Positions 12,845 to 25,790 of a DNA stretch of 64,000 nt are shown here, piece after piece (position 1 is the first letter of the stretch; every line of letters starts with the position of its first letter). The translations under genes and the position numbers were made by a program. The DNA is from Lama guanicoe (Eukaryota). The stretch lies in contig MU053652.1 of NCBI GenBank assembly GCA_013239625.1, positions 6,625,902 to 6,689,901 on the forward strand, written 5' to 3'. Under the pieces are notes generated by a model. It had not been told where the DNA came from. It made no database searches and saw only the letters and a program-made list of their open reading frames with translations.

Positions 12845-13297
12845 ATGGCCTATCTGGCCTGTGCAGAAAGCATATGGATCTTGGAGAATGATGTAGATTA
12901 CTGTAAACTTGACTTTGCAGTGACTCACATTACAGCTGCTGTACCAGATGTGGCTTCATTGCTTGAGCAAATCAAAACACCCCTTGGTATCTGGTATTCA
13001 GCTACTGAGCTGGCAAGTGTCTTTTTCTCCATGCCTGACAATAAAGCCTACCAGAAGCGGTTTCCTTTCAGCTGGCAAGGTCAGCAATATAACTTCACTG
13101 TCCTATCTCAGAGGTTTATATCAACACTCCACCCCAATGTCATAATTTACTTCACAGAGATATTAATCTTCTTTCCCTTCCACCAAGTAATTGCCCTGAT
13201 CCATTACATTGATGTCATTATTCTGACTGGACCTAGGAAGCAAGAAGTATCAACTGCTCAAGACCCACCAGTAAGACATCTGTATGTCAGAATGTGA
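12845..13297 (+). pseudogene. ERVL reverse transcriptase relic
   Basis: RT motifs with YIDD altered to YIDV; frameshifts at the 5' end and internally. Confidence 0.9.
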
Positions 13298-14904
13298 GAA
13301 ATAAATCCAATAAAAATTCTAGGCTTTTATCTCAGTGAAACTTCTACGGGCCCACTGGTGCAGGGCATATCAAGAAACCCTCCTAAGGTGAAAAATGAGT
13401 TGTTGCACCTAGCCCCTCTAACAACCGAACGAGAGGCACAAAGCTTGGTGGCCCTCTTTGGACCTTAGAGTCAATATTTTTTCCTCATTTGGGTGTGTTA
13501 CTCCAGCTCAATACCAAGTAACCTGAAGAGCTGCTAGTTCTGAGTCGGGCATAGAACAAGAGAAAGCTCTGCAACAGGTCCAGGCTATTGAGCAAGATGC
13601 TCTGCCCCTTGGGCCACAGGATCCAGCAGATCCAGTGACGCTTGAAGTGGCACTCTTCCATAGGGATGCTGTTTGGAGCCTTTGGCAGGCAAGAGATCCC
13701 ATCATAGTTATTATAAAATCTGCATTGAAATTTCCTGTTTATCTCTTTCTGTTTCTGATGTGATGCTTCAGGGAAAGGTAATATGTCTGAGTCACCATCC
13801 TCTCCACTGGTAAGATAAAACTTTTACATACTTGATATATTTTTCTTGGACTCTAGTTAGAAAGAAAGAGACAGTAAAGGTTCTCCTTTTTGTTTTGTTA
13901 AAGTTATGTCATCGAGTCTTTCAATTTTAATAGGTACTTGCTATAAAAGTGTTAAGAGACTGTCAATAAACATACAATTTTTAAATAAAACAACTGTTAT
14001 ATTTCAGAACAAGGCATTCTATCCTTCAAACTTTTGAATGTAAAGAGCTTTTATTCTCACTGCATATATATCCACCTTAACATCTGTGCCGTTTTGTTCT
14101 GAATGTTTGACAGAGAAATTATTCAACAGGTACCCCAGCTGTCAAAGCATGCCATTTGTGATGCTTCAACAAGCAGCCAGACTCTTCAAACTGCACTGCA
14201 CCTGAGCAGGGGAAACCTCCACTGGGAACTACTGCCTTAAACGTTTCAAAGCATACACAGGACACTTACACTTTTCAACATCAGGTCTCCTGTATTCCTG
14301 CAAAATTGGTCTCTGCTGATCGACTCCTTAGTTTTCACCTAGGGTGACAGTGATATGATTGATACTGTTTACTCACTTCTCAACGGGCCCTTAAATACTG
14401 TCTTATCTTTGACATTTCACTTATCTCTCGTGCCTTACTTGGCAGTTATTTATCCCACGTATTAATTATTTCTTTATTTCATGGTGACCTTTTTCTGAGA
14501 AGCTCCATGTGCTGATTTTTTATTTATTTTTTTGGTATTGGAAAAATACTGAGGAGTAGAGATGGAGAGAATGATGAAAAAATGATACAAGAACAGTTTT
14601 TAATCTATCTCTGGGAAGTATACTCCAAATCATTGCTATATAAGAAAAGTTATTCATATAAGTCATGCCCTTGATTATTTTATGAAAAATACTGTTCAAG
14701 GAATATTGTGCCATTTAATACATGAGACAAGGGAATAGCACTCACTTTCGACTACTTTAAACCTGTTATCCTTCCTCTATTACGTGTCTCCATTGCTGAC
14801 TGCTTAGTTTTTCCCATATCCTAAACCATAAAATTTAAAACAATCCTCCAAGTCACCTCCTCATATTCACACATTCATCAAATCCCATTAAATCTACCAA
14901 GTTT

Positions 14905-16010
14905 ACCCATTCAGACAAATCTTATTAAGTACTTGACACATGCCAGGAACTTTGATATATGGTGAGATGGAAGGAGAAGCTAAAGCTGCATGATCCCTGA
15001 CATCATGGATCTCATGGACTCGTTTGAGAAACAGACAGACATTAATCAAATAATTTCACAAACAACTGCAATTATACCACAGGGACAAGAAGGGTAGGTC
15101 CTAAGTGCTCCTGGTGCATATATTAAAACTTCACTTGAGAAGTACTGAATTGCGTTCAAAATGGGAAAAAAGCATAAGCCTTGAGCAGATGAAGGGAGAT
15201 TTCAGCTGAGGGAACAGCATGTGCAAAGAAAGGCTCAGTAGTCAAAAGGGTATGTCAGGTCTGAGACACTAACAGAAGGCAGAGTACTGGCTGTGTGAAA
15301 AGAGAGACTGGGAACTTTCAGAATGAGTCTGAATAAGTTTAGGAGGGGCTTTTCTATGTCAAATCTTATAGCATATATCAAGGAATTTGGTTCTTAGTGA
15401 TACAAACTAGTTACAGCCAATGCCTCATTTTAAGCAGAAAATGGAAAGTGAGGAATTGGTGCAATCAGACGTGAGTTTTGAAAGGAGATCACTCAACTGT
15501 GAGAAGAAAAAATTAAAAAGAGCAGTGACTGGATATGGGGGGGCTATTTGAGACTGCTACTAAGAAAAGATGTCTCTCTAACACAAAAACACAAAGATTC
15601 AGACTTATTGTCTGAATTCTATAGTTGGGGGAAAATGGGAAAGGATCAAGTTTAACATGGCGAAGAATCATAAAACGTCTGCACATACTGATTTTAAGAG
15701 GCCTTAGTGAAGGCCAATGGGTGATGTTCGACTAGGCAGTTAGATATACAGATCAGTGCTTAGAAATTCTGGGCTGAAGATATACATCTGACTTAACTGC
15801 ATATACGAGACAATTTAAACCCACAATGCAGATGAACTCACTTAAGTGTCAGAGAAGACCTAAGACTGGGATGTTATGACCTTTGGCACATAATGTCTGA
15901 GGAGATAAAGATGAAATCAGAAAGCAAAGCAAGAAGCAAATAGAGAGATAAAAATAAAATCAGAGAATATCATAAAAGGCAAGGAAAGAGAGAATTTCAA
16001 AAGAGACTTG
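14905..16010 (-). mobile_element. L2 LINE fragment
   Basis: 'attcagacaaatcttattaagtacttgacacatgccaggaac...cagacagacattaatcaaataat...gggaacagcatgtgcaaag' antisense L2 3' pattern. Confidence 0.8.
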
Positions 16011-16011
16011 T

Positions 16012-16430
16012 TGGCCAAGAGAAATGAAAACATCTACCTAAACAAGAACTTGTATATAAACATTCTATAAGCAGCATCACAGCCAAAAACTGGAAACCAC
16101 CCAAATGCCCATCAGCTAGTAACTGGCTAAACATTATGGAAAACTACTCAGTTACAAAAACAACAAACTAATGGAATACGCAACAATATGTATAAAAATC
16201 AAAAGCATAGCGCTAAATGGAAGAAGCCAATGACAAAACACAAAATTCAAGGAAAAGAGAAAGTAGTCATGAAATAAACATTAATGCTTCTCTAGAGCTA
16301 GTGGCAAGAAGGGGATGGGGGAAGACTGACTGTAACGGGTCAGAAGGGAACTTTTTGGAGTTACGGAAATATCTTATGTCTTGATCATGGTGGAGATTAA
16401 ATGAGGCAAATTGTGCCTCAATAAAGTTGG
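16012..16430 (+). mobile_element. L1M 3' end inserted in L2
   Basis: 'ccaagagaaatgaaaacat...agccaaaaactggaaaccacccaaatgcccatca...ctcaataaagttg'. Confidence 0.85.
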
Positions 16431-18029
16431 GCAGTCAAGGGAGTTGTAAGCCGCTATTACATTAATAATAATATAATAAGTCAAATGCTATTGAGAGGCC
16501 AGGTGTGATTGAAACGGAAAAATATTAAGTTAAACACTATGGATACTGGGTTTTATCAGAATGATTGTGCTAGAAGTTAAATCAGGGTGATTATTTTTAA
16601 AGACCGAAGTAATTTGTAATAACTAAGAAGCAAAATCAGTAACATTTCTAAAACTTAAGACACTTAATGAGTTACTTCAGTATCTATCAACTATTTAACT
16701 CTTCATCCTTCATCAGCTCCCAACAAACACATATAATGCTTTGTTGTGATTAATATAAAAACTTTTTGCTCTGTTTTTGTCCCACTTTTCTTGTTTTGTT
16801 TCCATCACAGAAACTGTCAACCATTTCCACACTGAGGATGGACATGGGAATGGCTACAATCCACCACTTTAAGATTGGAAGCAGGAGATTAGTGCTTTGG
16901 CAATTGCATCCATGAGCCACTACTGTCATTCGAGTTTTAATTTTTTTCCTACTTCTTCATATTGGTTGGAATTTTCAAGTAGCCTAAGGGCGATTTAGCA
17001 CTGTCCGACTAAAAATTATGTAAGTTCATATCTAACAAATACTTAAGATGAATTACCTCACACTAAGTGTTTGCTAATATTATCACCTGAAGAGCAAGAA
17101 TAATCTGAACAATATTACAGCTGTAATTTTATGTAGATGTCCTCAGGTACCTTGAAATTTCTAATTTAACAGATAGTTAAGATCAAAAATAGTTCTGTGT
17201 ACAAATACATTTCAAATCCATAAATGACTTTAATTCTTAAATATTTGCTTGCACATTTAAGAGTCCACATCAAAATATTTCAGATGATTTTGGAGCATCT
17301 GATATATTTTGCTCAAAAATACATCATTTCTCTCTAAATATAACACATAAATATAAAAGATGAATTTATATAAAATATAAATTATAATACTCATTTTGGC
17401 AGTCAGTTTTAGAAAGATGTTCTCTTCATCCCAAACCTATATCAATAAAGAAACCAGGGTATATAAAAAGCATGAAATATATACCGTATTGTATGATGGA
17501 TACATAATAATATATATTTTCCTATCCATTCCATAATCAAATTCTAGGTTTCTGACTTGGTGATTTAAGAATTTAAGTGGTAGTGTTAGCTCACAGTCTA
17601 CCCACAAAACCAGAAAATCAAGTTTGAAGGCAATGCTCAACACCATGCAAAAAACTAACCCAGTGTAAAAATCAGAGCCTTGAGCCATACAAAACAGACA
17701 CTGTGACTTGTATCCTACTTGGGGCACTGCATTCTATGAGAGATGCTGCCACTTTCTGGCAGAGCTACTATAAGCCATCAGCAAAACAAGTGCGTGTGAT
17801 CCAGTCTTCCTCAGGTCATTAGACCTAGCTTCATGCAGAGCAGGTCTATCTAACTAGTGGGGCACACTTTTAATGCTCAGGCTGTTACACAGACTACACG
17901 TCAATAAAAAAATAAATAAATTTGTTTTAAAGGTGAAAATAATAATATAATAAAATACATTATCTCAATTAAATTGAGCACAGCTTGGATGAGACAGATA
18001 CCTATGTATTTATCTGTGTTCTGTCTTCT

Positions 18030-18150
18030 CTACCAGGTGGTTTCTGAAAACTATTTACCTCTATGAGCCTCAGTTTCTTCATCCATAAAAAAGTACTCAT
18101 AACAGTAATAAAATAGTGAACATGTGTCTCTTAGTATAAGAAACAGAATT
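18030..18150 (+). mobile_element. MIR fragment
   Basis: 'ttacctctatgagcctcagtttcttcatccataaaa' MIR core. Confidence 0.7.
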
Positions 18151-18744
18151 AAATAAAAACTAATTTAAAGTATAAGGTTCATAGAAGATGAGATATTACC
18201 CATAATCTGTGTCACAAATGTCTTTATATGTATTCTCTAATTTAGTATGCCACTTAATCCCTTGTACAATCTTGTGAAGTAATTCTGCGGCCTCTATGAC
18301 ACTGTTGTATTATATCTCATTTCATCTACTTACTCAATGTGTTTCAACAACATACAGACATGACACATAACTCTACAACATTTACATGAGGGATCACCAT
18401 GTATGAACTCTTATCATTTAAAATCCAACACATACAAGCTACAGTGAATCCTCAGTCATGACCAGCCATTTGATAAATTGCTCATCTATTTAAACTATTC
18501 TGCCCACTGATAAAACCACACAAAATGCTTTTGTATCTGTACTGAAACATTTAACAGTCTAATGCTTTATCTCTGCTACACACACAGCATTTTATTATAC
18601 TGTGTACCTTACTCAAGTTATTTCATATATGTGAACATCCACGTTTGTTATAAATCTCTTGTGGGAAAAGATGCTAAAAAGAAGTGCAGAGCAGAATGCC
18701 ATATATATAAGCATAGAGAAATAACTGGAATAAGGGAGAGGAGG

Positions 18745-19025
18745 CCTGAGACCCAGCTGTAGATCTATTATTTAGTTATTGCATGGCCCTCAATTAGTCC
18801 TGAAGCCTGTAGACTTGCTTGATCTGCACACCAATGTCACTGTATTGCATATCTGATCAGCACTGAGGTTTCTGGGTGCCTTTAATCTTTCTGTGTCACA
18901 GTTAATTTATCTATAATATGAGGAGAATGATGTATTGAAGATCATAAATAATAAAATATAAATATTGAATGTAAGATGTCTAACATGGTGACTGGCATGT
19001 AAAAGATGCTCAAATGATGTGTTCC
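18745..19025 (+). mobile_element. MIR fragment(s)
   Basis: 'tttaatctttctgtgtcacagttaatttatctataatatgaggagaat...ggtgactggcatgtaaaagatgctcaaa'. Confidence 0.6.
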
Positions 19026-20734
19026 TTTTATGTCTCTGCCTGTCCCTCTTTAATTTCCTACAATGTCTAGACACATTAAAAATAACTTTCTTCTATTAAT
19101 TTAGTCAACACTCTCACTTTCTTACTGAAATGGTATTAAGGAATATTATTAAACTCTCAAAAGATTATGCATGTATGTTAATGTATGTGTGATATATATT
19201 TTAATAATTGCCCTTACTGATGATAAACAAACACAATTTCTTAGCCATATTTTACAAACACTGTTTGATATGCTCCACGATTCCAGAAGGCAGTACCCAT
19301 TTGTTTTTAAAAAATAATCTTACCCTTTGACAAAAGACTGACAAAATTTACATAATCAATTAATTTTCTGACCAGCCTTCATGATATCAAACATGATATA
19401 TAATAAAGCCAAGCAGAAGTATGGACTGTTGTCGTGAAGAAGGGTCTATGACCTGAGGACCACAAAAGTAATACTCAGTGGAAGAATTATGCTACTTAAT
19501 TGCACTGCAATGATATGAGTTATAAAGACAGTTTGTAGTCTTGGATATGGTGGGCGGATAAAAATCGTCTTTCTTCTCCATTGCTTAAGGTTGAATAAGA
19601 TTGCAGATGTAGCTAGAGAAATGATGAAAGGAAAAATTAATGAACGTAAATTAAAAATTCTTATGTCTGTAGTGATAAAATCTCCGCACTCTCTAATGTG
19701 CTTCCCTTCCCAGCCCACCTAGACGCATCTGCGTCCTGTAATTTTGTCTGATGTGTCCCACCCACACTGTCGTACCCTTGCACATCCAACACCAGGGTTT
19801 GAGGAATGGCATTATCTAACCCTTCTCCCATTGGCTGAGCTAACAGAATTGAGTATGAGTTGGAAAGAGAGAGAGAGAACCCAGCAAGGAAGAGTGAGAG
19901 AGGTAGGAAGAGAGAGATGTCTGCAGCCGGTGGCACTATTTTATAATAGAACACAATAACCATTTACAGAGTAGGTGTCCTTAGGAACTTCACACTGAAA
20001 TCAATATGCCAGCTGTGAAATACAGCTCTGCTGCAGGCAAATTTTTTTTCAAGAAAAAAAAATCTTAACAGATTTAACAAAAATAGAAAGCATATGAGTG
20101 AATTTATCCCCAGAGATTGAGTGGTTCCTAGGAACAGAATGTAGCAAGCAAATCACTAGCTGCCCACGATGCCATGCTTTAGGCAGGAGAGGAAGCATGC
20201 AGGGAGGCATTGCAAGATGGACCATCTCCTCTAGGGCATCTGGACTCAACAGTAAGAGCCCCACGTGCTTGGATTTACCTCTGACTAAATTCTATCCACC
20301 CCCACCTCTACCTGCCTACACATACACCCTTCAGAGTGTTAAGTGGCACTTTAGATTTTAAAATATTTACCTAACATAATCAGGCACTTTTATTGGCTTG
20401 CTTTGGATAAAGAAAACAGTTTGTGTTTATGTCCTCTGGGATGCTGACTGTGTGGACACAATTTCTCTGTGTAGAGTCCATTAGGGAGGGTGCTGCTTTA
20501 CAGATTCACTTGGATGTACCAGAGAAATGGGAGGCATCACACATCATTGAGAGAAGTAAACTAACGGCCCTCTCTCAAGAATTTCTGACTCACAGTGTTG
20601 ATAAATGCAAGCCACTAGATCCAGGAAAAGTTATAAAAAGTTCTTAAAGAATTAACAACCAGGTGTCAGCATTTCAAAGTAGTGAAACATGGTGCCTCTC
20701 AAACTGAGTATTTTTTCTGAATAGATTCTGGGAT

Positions 20735-20880
20735 AATGATAATGATTATAACTAATAATTTTGGTCTCAAACTATGTGACATACACTTTCCTAAGTTGTT
20801 ATTTTTTTTTTAAATTAATTTAATCCTGTGAGATAAATGCTATCATTAGTCCCTTTCTACAGTAGGAAATGGAGGTACAA
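20735..20880 (-). mobile_element. MIR fragment
   Basis: 'aatcctgtgagataaatgctatcattagtccctttctacagtaggaaatggagg'. Confidence 0.65.
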
Positions 20881-21399
20881 TGCTTTCTAAAATGAAAGAG
20901 TAAAATGATTCTTCCTGTTTCACTGAGAAGACTTGAGGCTAAAAACATTGTATGAATGATGTAGAGACAGTGTGAATACAATAAGAGAAATATTAAAGTA
21001 GAGTAGGAATTGAAGTAAAATATTTAAAAATTCCTCCTAACCATAAACCTGAATATAAAAATAAAATGATGATTCCACAGTGGAAGATAAATACAAAGTA
21101 TCATTATTGCCTTACACACTCCTCTTAGAAAAACACAGAAATCAGATGAAGCTATTTATGGATGAAGAGTTGTTTCAATATTTATTCCAAAAACCTGAGT
21201 TTAGAATTGTGGATATTAGAGTCTTCCACAGAGTATCACTTGATACATTCATGAATGAATTACTCAACTGGATGATTTTATTCCTGACCCACTGTAACAG
21301 CTCTTTTGTTTTAAGGCATATGCAGCTTCCATCCCACAACTATAACAATCAGTCGGAGGAGACAGCTTTCTAACTCTTTACCCATGTGTAACAATAGCC

Positions 21400-22100
21400 T
21401 GTTGTAGGTTAATTTTCTTTGGCTTTCCTAATACATAACAAAACAAGAACAAAAACAAGACCCCAGAATAACTACTAGAAAAACACACAATTGATAGAGT
21501 TTTATTTGATGCATGCACTCACTCTCCAGTCTGCAAGAGGAAAATTCAGCACTCCCTAAGATTTCACATCTAGCAGTTTTATACATTCTTTTCTGCATCT
21601 ACCTAGTGCTTAAATATTCCCATTGGTTAAGGACATTTTTACTCCAACATAAAAGAAAGAGATGGTAGTGTGATTCAATGGAGGAGGAAGAGAGCAGGGA
21701 GGGGGAAGAACAGTGTCACTCTGTGTCTGGCACACAGCATAGTTTGTCCTTGGCTAGCCAAGGAGGCTCTGTCCCCTGAGGAACAAGAATTACCAGCACA
21801 GTTGGTAGGAGGTGAATTCAGAAGAACACCTGAGAAGGTCCTGTGACCTGACGTCTCATTCTGAAACCACCCAGAGCATACAGAAATGGGTGAACCTTTG
21901 CTCAGTGAAGTGGGAGCCCTGGCTGCCTTCCTGAGACACAGTATGCACTCAGTACTTACTTGATTCTGCCCAAGATCCTGTCCTGGACTGCAGTCTCCTA
22001 CCCCATGGAAACAGTGCTGAGGAGGGGATCATCAGAAAATCAGCAGAAATTAATTTCTCCACATTTCTCAGGGCTTTTACCTAAAGCTGCCTTAGGGCTT
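21400..22100 (-). mobile_element. Probable ancient LTR (family unresolved)
   Basis: 'gagttttatttgatgc', 'cagttttataca', 'cccattggtt' form antisense poly(A)/TATA/CCAAT order typical of an LTR. Confidence 0.35.
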
Positions 22101-22204
22101 TGGTTTTGATCCTTGATAATACAGGTAGTGACAGATAGATCAATCGATCAATCGACCAACCCTTGATAAAAAATAATATATAAATACTTTAAGACTGCAT
22201 GAGA

Positions 22205-22352
22205 TTACAGATGTGCATGTGTACATATATACATATGCACATATACATATATACAGAGAAAAATATGTTGATACATATCTACAATTACATATATATATAC
22301 ACACACACACATATATATACTTATATATATATATATACATACATATATGTGC
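22205..22352. repeat. (TA)n/(CA)n compound low-complexity repeat
   Basis: Direct observation. Confidence 0.9.
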
Positions 22353-22364
22353 AGATTTAAGGAT

Positions 22365-22620
22365 GACCATCTGGCCTACTAGAATATGAGAGGCTTCATG
22401 GGAAACGGAGGGTGTCCTAGGGGACATTCAGCACTCATGTCAGAACTGTGAGAGAACTTTCAGCCCAGCCATTTTTCAACTGAACACATCATATGAGTAC
22501 ATCCAGGTAAAAACAGCAGAAATCTGCCCAGCTATGAAATCATGAGAAATTTATAGTGTTGTTGCTGGGAACCACTAAATTGTGAGATAGTTTTTATGCA
22601 GCAATAGATAACTGAATCAC
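22365..22620 (+). mobile_element. MaLR LTR 3' half (MLT1H/I-like)
   Basis: 'ctgcccagc...aaatcatgagaaat...ccactaaattgtgagatagtttttatgcagcaatagataactgaa'. Confidence 0.8.
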
Positions 22621-23619
22621 GATTGAGAAATTAAGTTAGAAATAACTGAGAATCTTTTATTGGAAAAGATCTAAGTAAGGCTGAATATACAGCATCTTTG
22701 TCTGAAACATTTTTTAGCAATAATTGTCCCAACTATTTGACATCTGTTATTAGAACACTAGATTATGGAAATCTTATGACTACAAAATGAAAAACATTAT
22801 CATAGAAATATAAATTTAAGTTTAAAAAATGCTTCATATCTGAAGATTTGTGCTTTTATGATGTCTCTTGTTAGAAGTCATTCCACAGGTGATAGTACAA
22901 CCAAAACTACAATCCTTATTGGCCTTGACGGCTAAATACCAGTGTGTTCCTTTGGGATCTATTATACTTCCATTTAAAAACTACAAAGTGCTTATACTTA
23001 GATCTTAGTTGAACAGTGTTTTATTGTTTTGTTTTGGGTTTTTTTAGTGACTTTCTCTGACTTTTGCTTGAAGTGATTCCTTACGAATTTTGTGATTCTT
23101 TTGGTCCTTATAAATCTGAGAAAGATGAAAAAGAGAAACAGAGAAATAGAGACAGATATACAGTGAGATGAATCACTCAAGGTGGTTTCAAAACATCTAT
23201 AATCTTCTAACCTCCTGGAATAAAATTAGGAAAAAGAGTGATTCTTAGAAGAGAAATAAAGCTGAGAAAAGCTGAATACTCTACAGTTATCACAACCAAG
23301 GAAGTTCTGTGCTCCTTTTCAGCTGTTCTGGCCTTGTAATCCTCAATAACACCATAGGTCTGGTGAGAGGCAAAGGGTCAAAATAAGAGAGAACACATTC
23401 CGTCCAAATTAAAATATTCACATTATTGATGGCACTAAATACAGAGGATGTTCAAAATGCCTTTTACTATGAAATAAGGCTTTTGGCTATTTTCTAAATC
23501 TGATAAATTTCATTTAAGTTGATCTTAGTTAAAAATTTCCACATGGTTTTTGTTTGTTTGTATGTTTTCAAACTGACTGGAAAACTTCAACACTGAGGGT
23601 AACAAAATCTTACAGACCA

Positions 23620-23812
23620 TACTTCTTTACTATATATGGAGTAACATTCTCTTATTTTGATGTGCAGTTGTAAGAATTCTCACAAGTGCATAAAGTCTTG
23701 TTATCTAGTGAAGATTAAAAAAATTCCCCATGCTATTTCCTCCATAGTCACCCCCCTCCTCTCAGCCCAGCAAACAGTGTTCTGTTCTCCATCCCTATAG
23801 TTTTGCCTCTAC
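23620..23812 (-). mobile_element. L1M 3' end fragment
   Basis: 'cagcaaacagtgttctgttctccatccctatagttttgcct'. Confidence 0.65.
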
Positions 23813-24449
23813 AGAGGAGACCATGAATTTTAATTACCCAGCTTTTATCATGTAGAGATGATCAGTCTTTACTGAGATAAAACAATATTTTTCACAAGTG
23901 CTGAACTGCCTTTGGAGGGAAAATTTTCCTTTGTAGATCCACCAAGCTGTGATTTTTTTAGGTTGGGGTTGAAAAAACTTTACTGGGAATTATTCTTTAA
24001 GATAAAAGAATCCTCTAACTGTGGGATAAAAGATTTTGGGGGGCTGAAAGGAACCCGTAAAAGCTAAAGGAAATAAAGCCCAGAGAGTCGCTCATGCTTT
24101 AACACAGGCCATCTTTCAGCTTAGCATGAATTGTATCCTTCCTCATTTTAAGAACAAAAAGGAAAGACTAGAGGATATAGAATAGTAAGAGAAAGCACAA
24201 TAAAAATACACGTGGACATTTACTATGTGTCCATTCACTGCTGCAACAAGAATTTTGTGAAGCATTTACTATGATGGCAAGGATTTTTTTCTACCTGCTT
24301 GGAAGAAAGCAGTAAATTTAGAAAAACAAGCTCTCTTCCCTCATGCAGTGAAGTTATATTCTGGTGGAAAAACAGAGATAATAAATAAGTAGGCAAATAA
24401 TTTAAGAATAACTATAATTACTTTATGTAGTTATAATCCTTTAAAAGCT

Positions 24450-24650
24450 TACAAATACCAGTATTTGAGGACAATTAGTTTATCTGGAGATGAACCTAGG
24501 AACATCAGTAGGTGATTGGGGAAGTGAATTAGGGAAGGTAGCCAATAAATAATGTTATGAAGGAGCTCAATGCCTCTTGGGAACTCTGGGAGAACATGTA
24601 GAATGACCTTCAGATTTATTCTAATCTAAAGATAAAATTGCTAGTGTTTC
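24450..24650 (-). mobile_element. ERVL LTR fragment (LTR33/LTR16-like)
   Basis: 'agtttatctggagatgaacctagg...ggggaagtgaattagggaagg...gccaataaa...gggaactctgggaga'. Confidence 0.55.
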
Positions 24651-24679
24651 TACCCACGTTTGCTTATTTGTCTTCACCT

Positions 24680-25123
24680 GTTTTACTCTTTGCTCTTCAG
24701 ACTGAAGAATTTCTACTGATCTATCTTCCTATGAATTCACTATTTTTTCTGCCATCTTGAATCTATCACTGAACCCATTTAGCAGATTTTTCATTTCAAC
24801 TCTAAATTGTACTTTTCAACTCCGGGATTTCCATTTTTCAATTTCTATTTATTCTTTGAGTTTCCCTTTTCATTGAACCATTATAAACATATTTCTCTTT
24901 ACTTTTCAAACATAGTATCATTCAGTACTTTAAGCACATTTCTAACGATTGCTTTGATGCTCTTGTTGGCTCAATCCAATGTTTAGTTAACTTGAGATCA
25001 GTTTCTGTTATGTTTTTCCCCTTAGTATTGGCCATTTATTTTACATTACTTACCTATTTTATATTTTAGTACTCAGCTAATGATTTGGGAAGATACTGTG
25101 CTCAAAAACCTCAAGTCATTTAC

Positions 25124-25154
<31 letters not shown>

Positions 25155-25790
25155 TCTGTCTGTCTGTCTGTCTTGTCTGTCTATTGAGGGGGTTCACGAA
25201 AACCAAACCAGTTTTCCACCTGCCTTGGTTTTAACTGTATATCAGGCTTTCTCAGTTCTCCCTGCACATGTGGAGATTCCTATCAGGCAGATTTGGATGG
25301 CTCACGCGTAGACCTCTCATTTCTAAGCTTTCCACATTAAATTTTTGGCAGGTCTGCCACTTGCCCCGACTATCACTATAACTTCTGGCTCAAAGATGTG
25401 TAAGTTCCTATTCTTATTTCCTATGAGTTAGTAAAATTTTACTGATAATGTTACCAGTGTGAGTTTTCAGTTTTATTGGTACAAATAGAGTCCATCCCCT
25501 TTGGCAATGAGACTGATTTCCATGGCCAGGTCCACCCTGGTAACACCATCATTCCTGCTGCCTGACCTGGGCACGGTTGATTAGAGGAGTACCAGGAAAG
25601 AATGCCCCAGACTTAGCTACTCCCACCAAAATTGCTGGCAGTTTTTACAAATGCATGCCTCTCAACTTGCCATTTCCGTAGAACACAGTATGGCTGTTTT
25701 CAAAATATATTTTGTCCAATTTTATATTTTGTAACTTTCAAGAGAGGTTTTGCCAACTTCTTAATGATACCATAGGTCAAAGTCTACCCC
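24680..25790 (-). mobile_element. Old L1 5'/ORF1 region (antisense)
   Basis: 'ttcagactgaagaatttctactgatctatcttc...tgaacccatttagcagatttttcatttca...tgtacttttcaactc' antisense L1 ORF1 pattern. Confidence 0.65.
25125..25182. repeat. (TG)n(TCTG)n microsatellite
   Basis: Direct observation. Confidence 0.95.

Larger units (their letters stand above)
10670..13700 (+). mobile_element. ERVL internal remnant (gag-pro-pol pseudogenes)
   Basis: Gag-like 'gattctcctcaggac...ctagacctataact'; protease relic LLDTRSQLTLIPGD (ORF 12385-12600); RT relic VDYCKL...AAVPDVASLLEQI...FSWQGQQYNFTVL...LIHYIDV (ORF 12845-13297); frameshifts and stops. Confidence 0.93.

Noticed and set aside
12845..13297. Functional reverse transcriptase CDS
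   Set aside because: Frameshifted, truncated, and the catalytic YxDD motif is lost
14270..14338. Possible 69-nt minus-strand exon (VKTKESISRDQFCRNTGDLMLKS) with gtaagt donor
   Set aside because: Weak acceptor, possibly L2-derived context, and phase incompatible with the open frames of the 9224-9291 candidate
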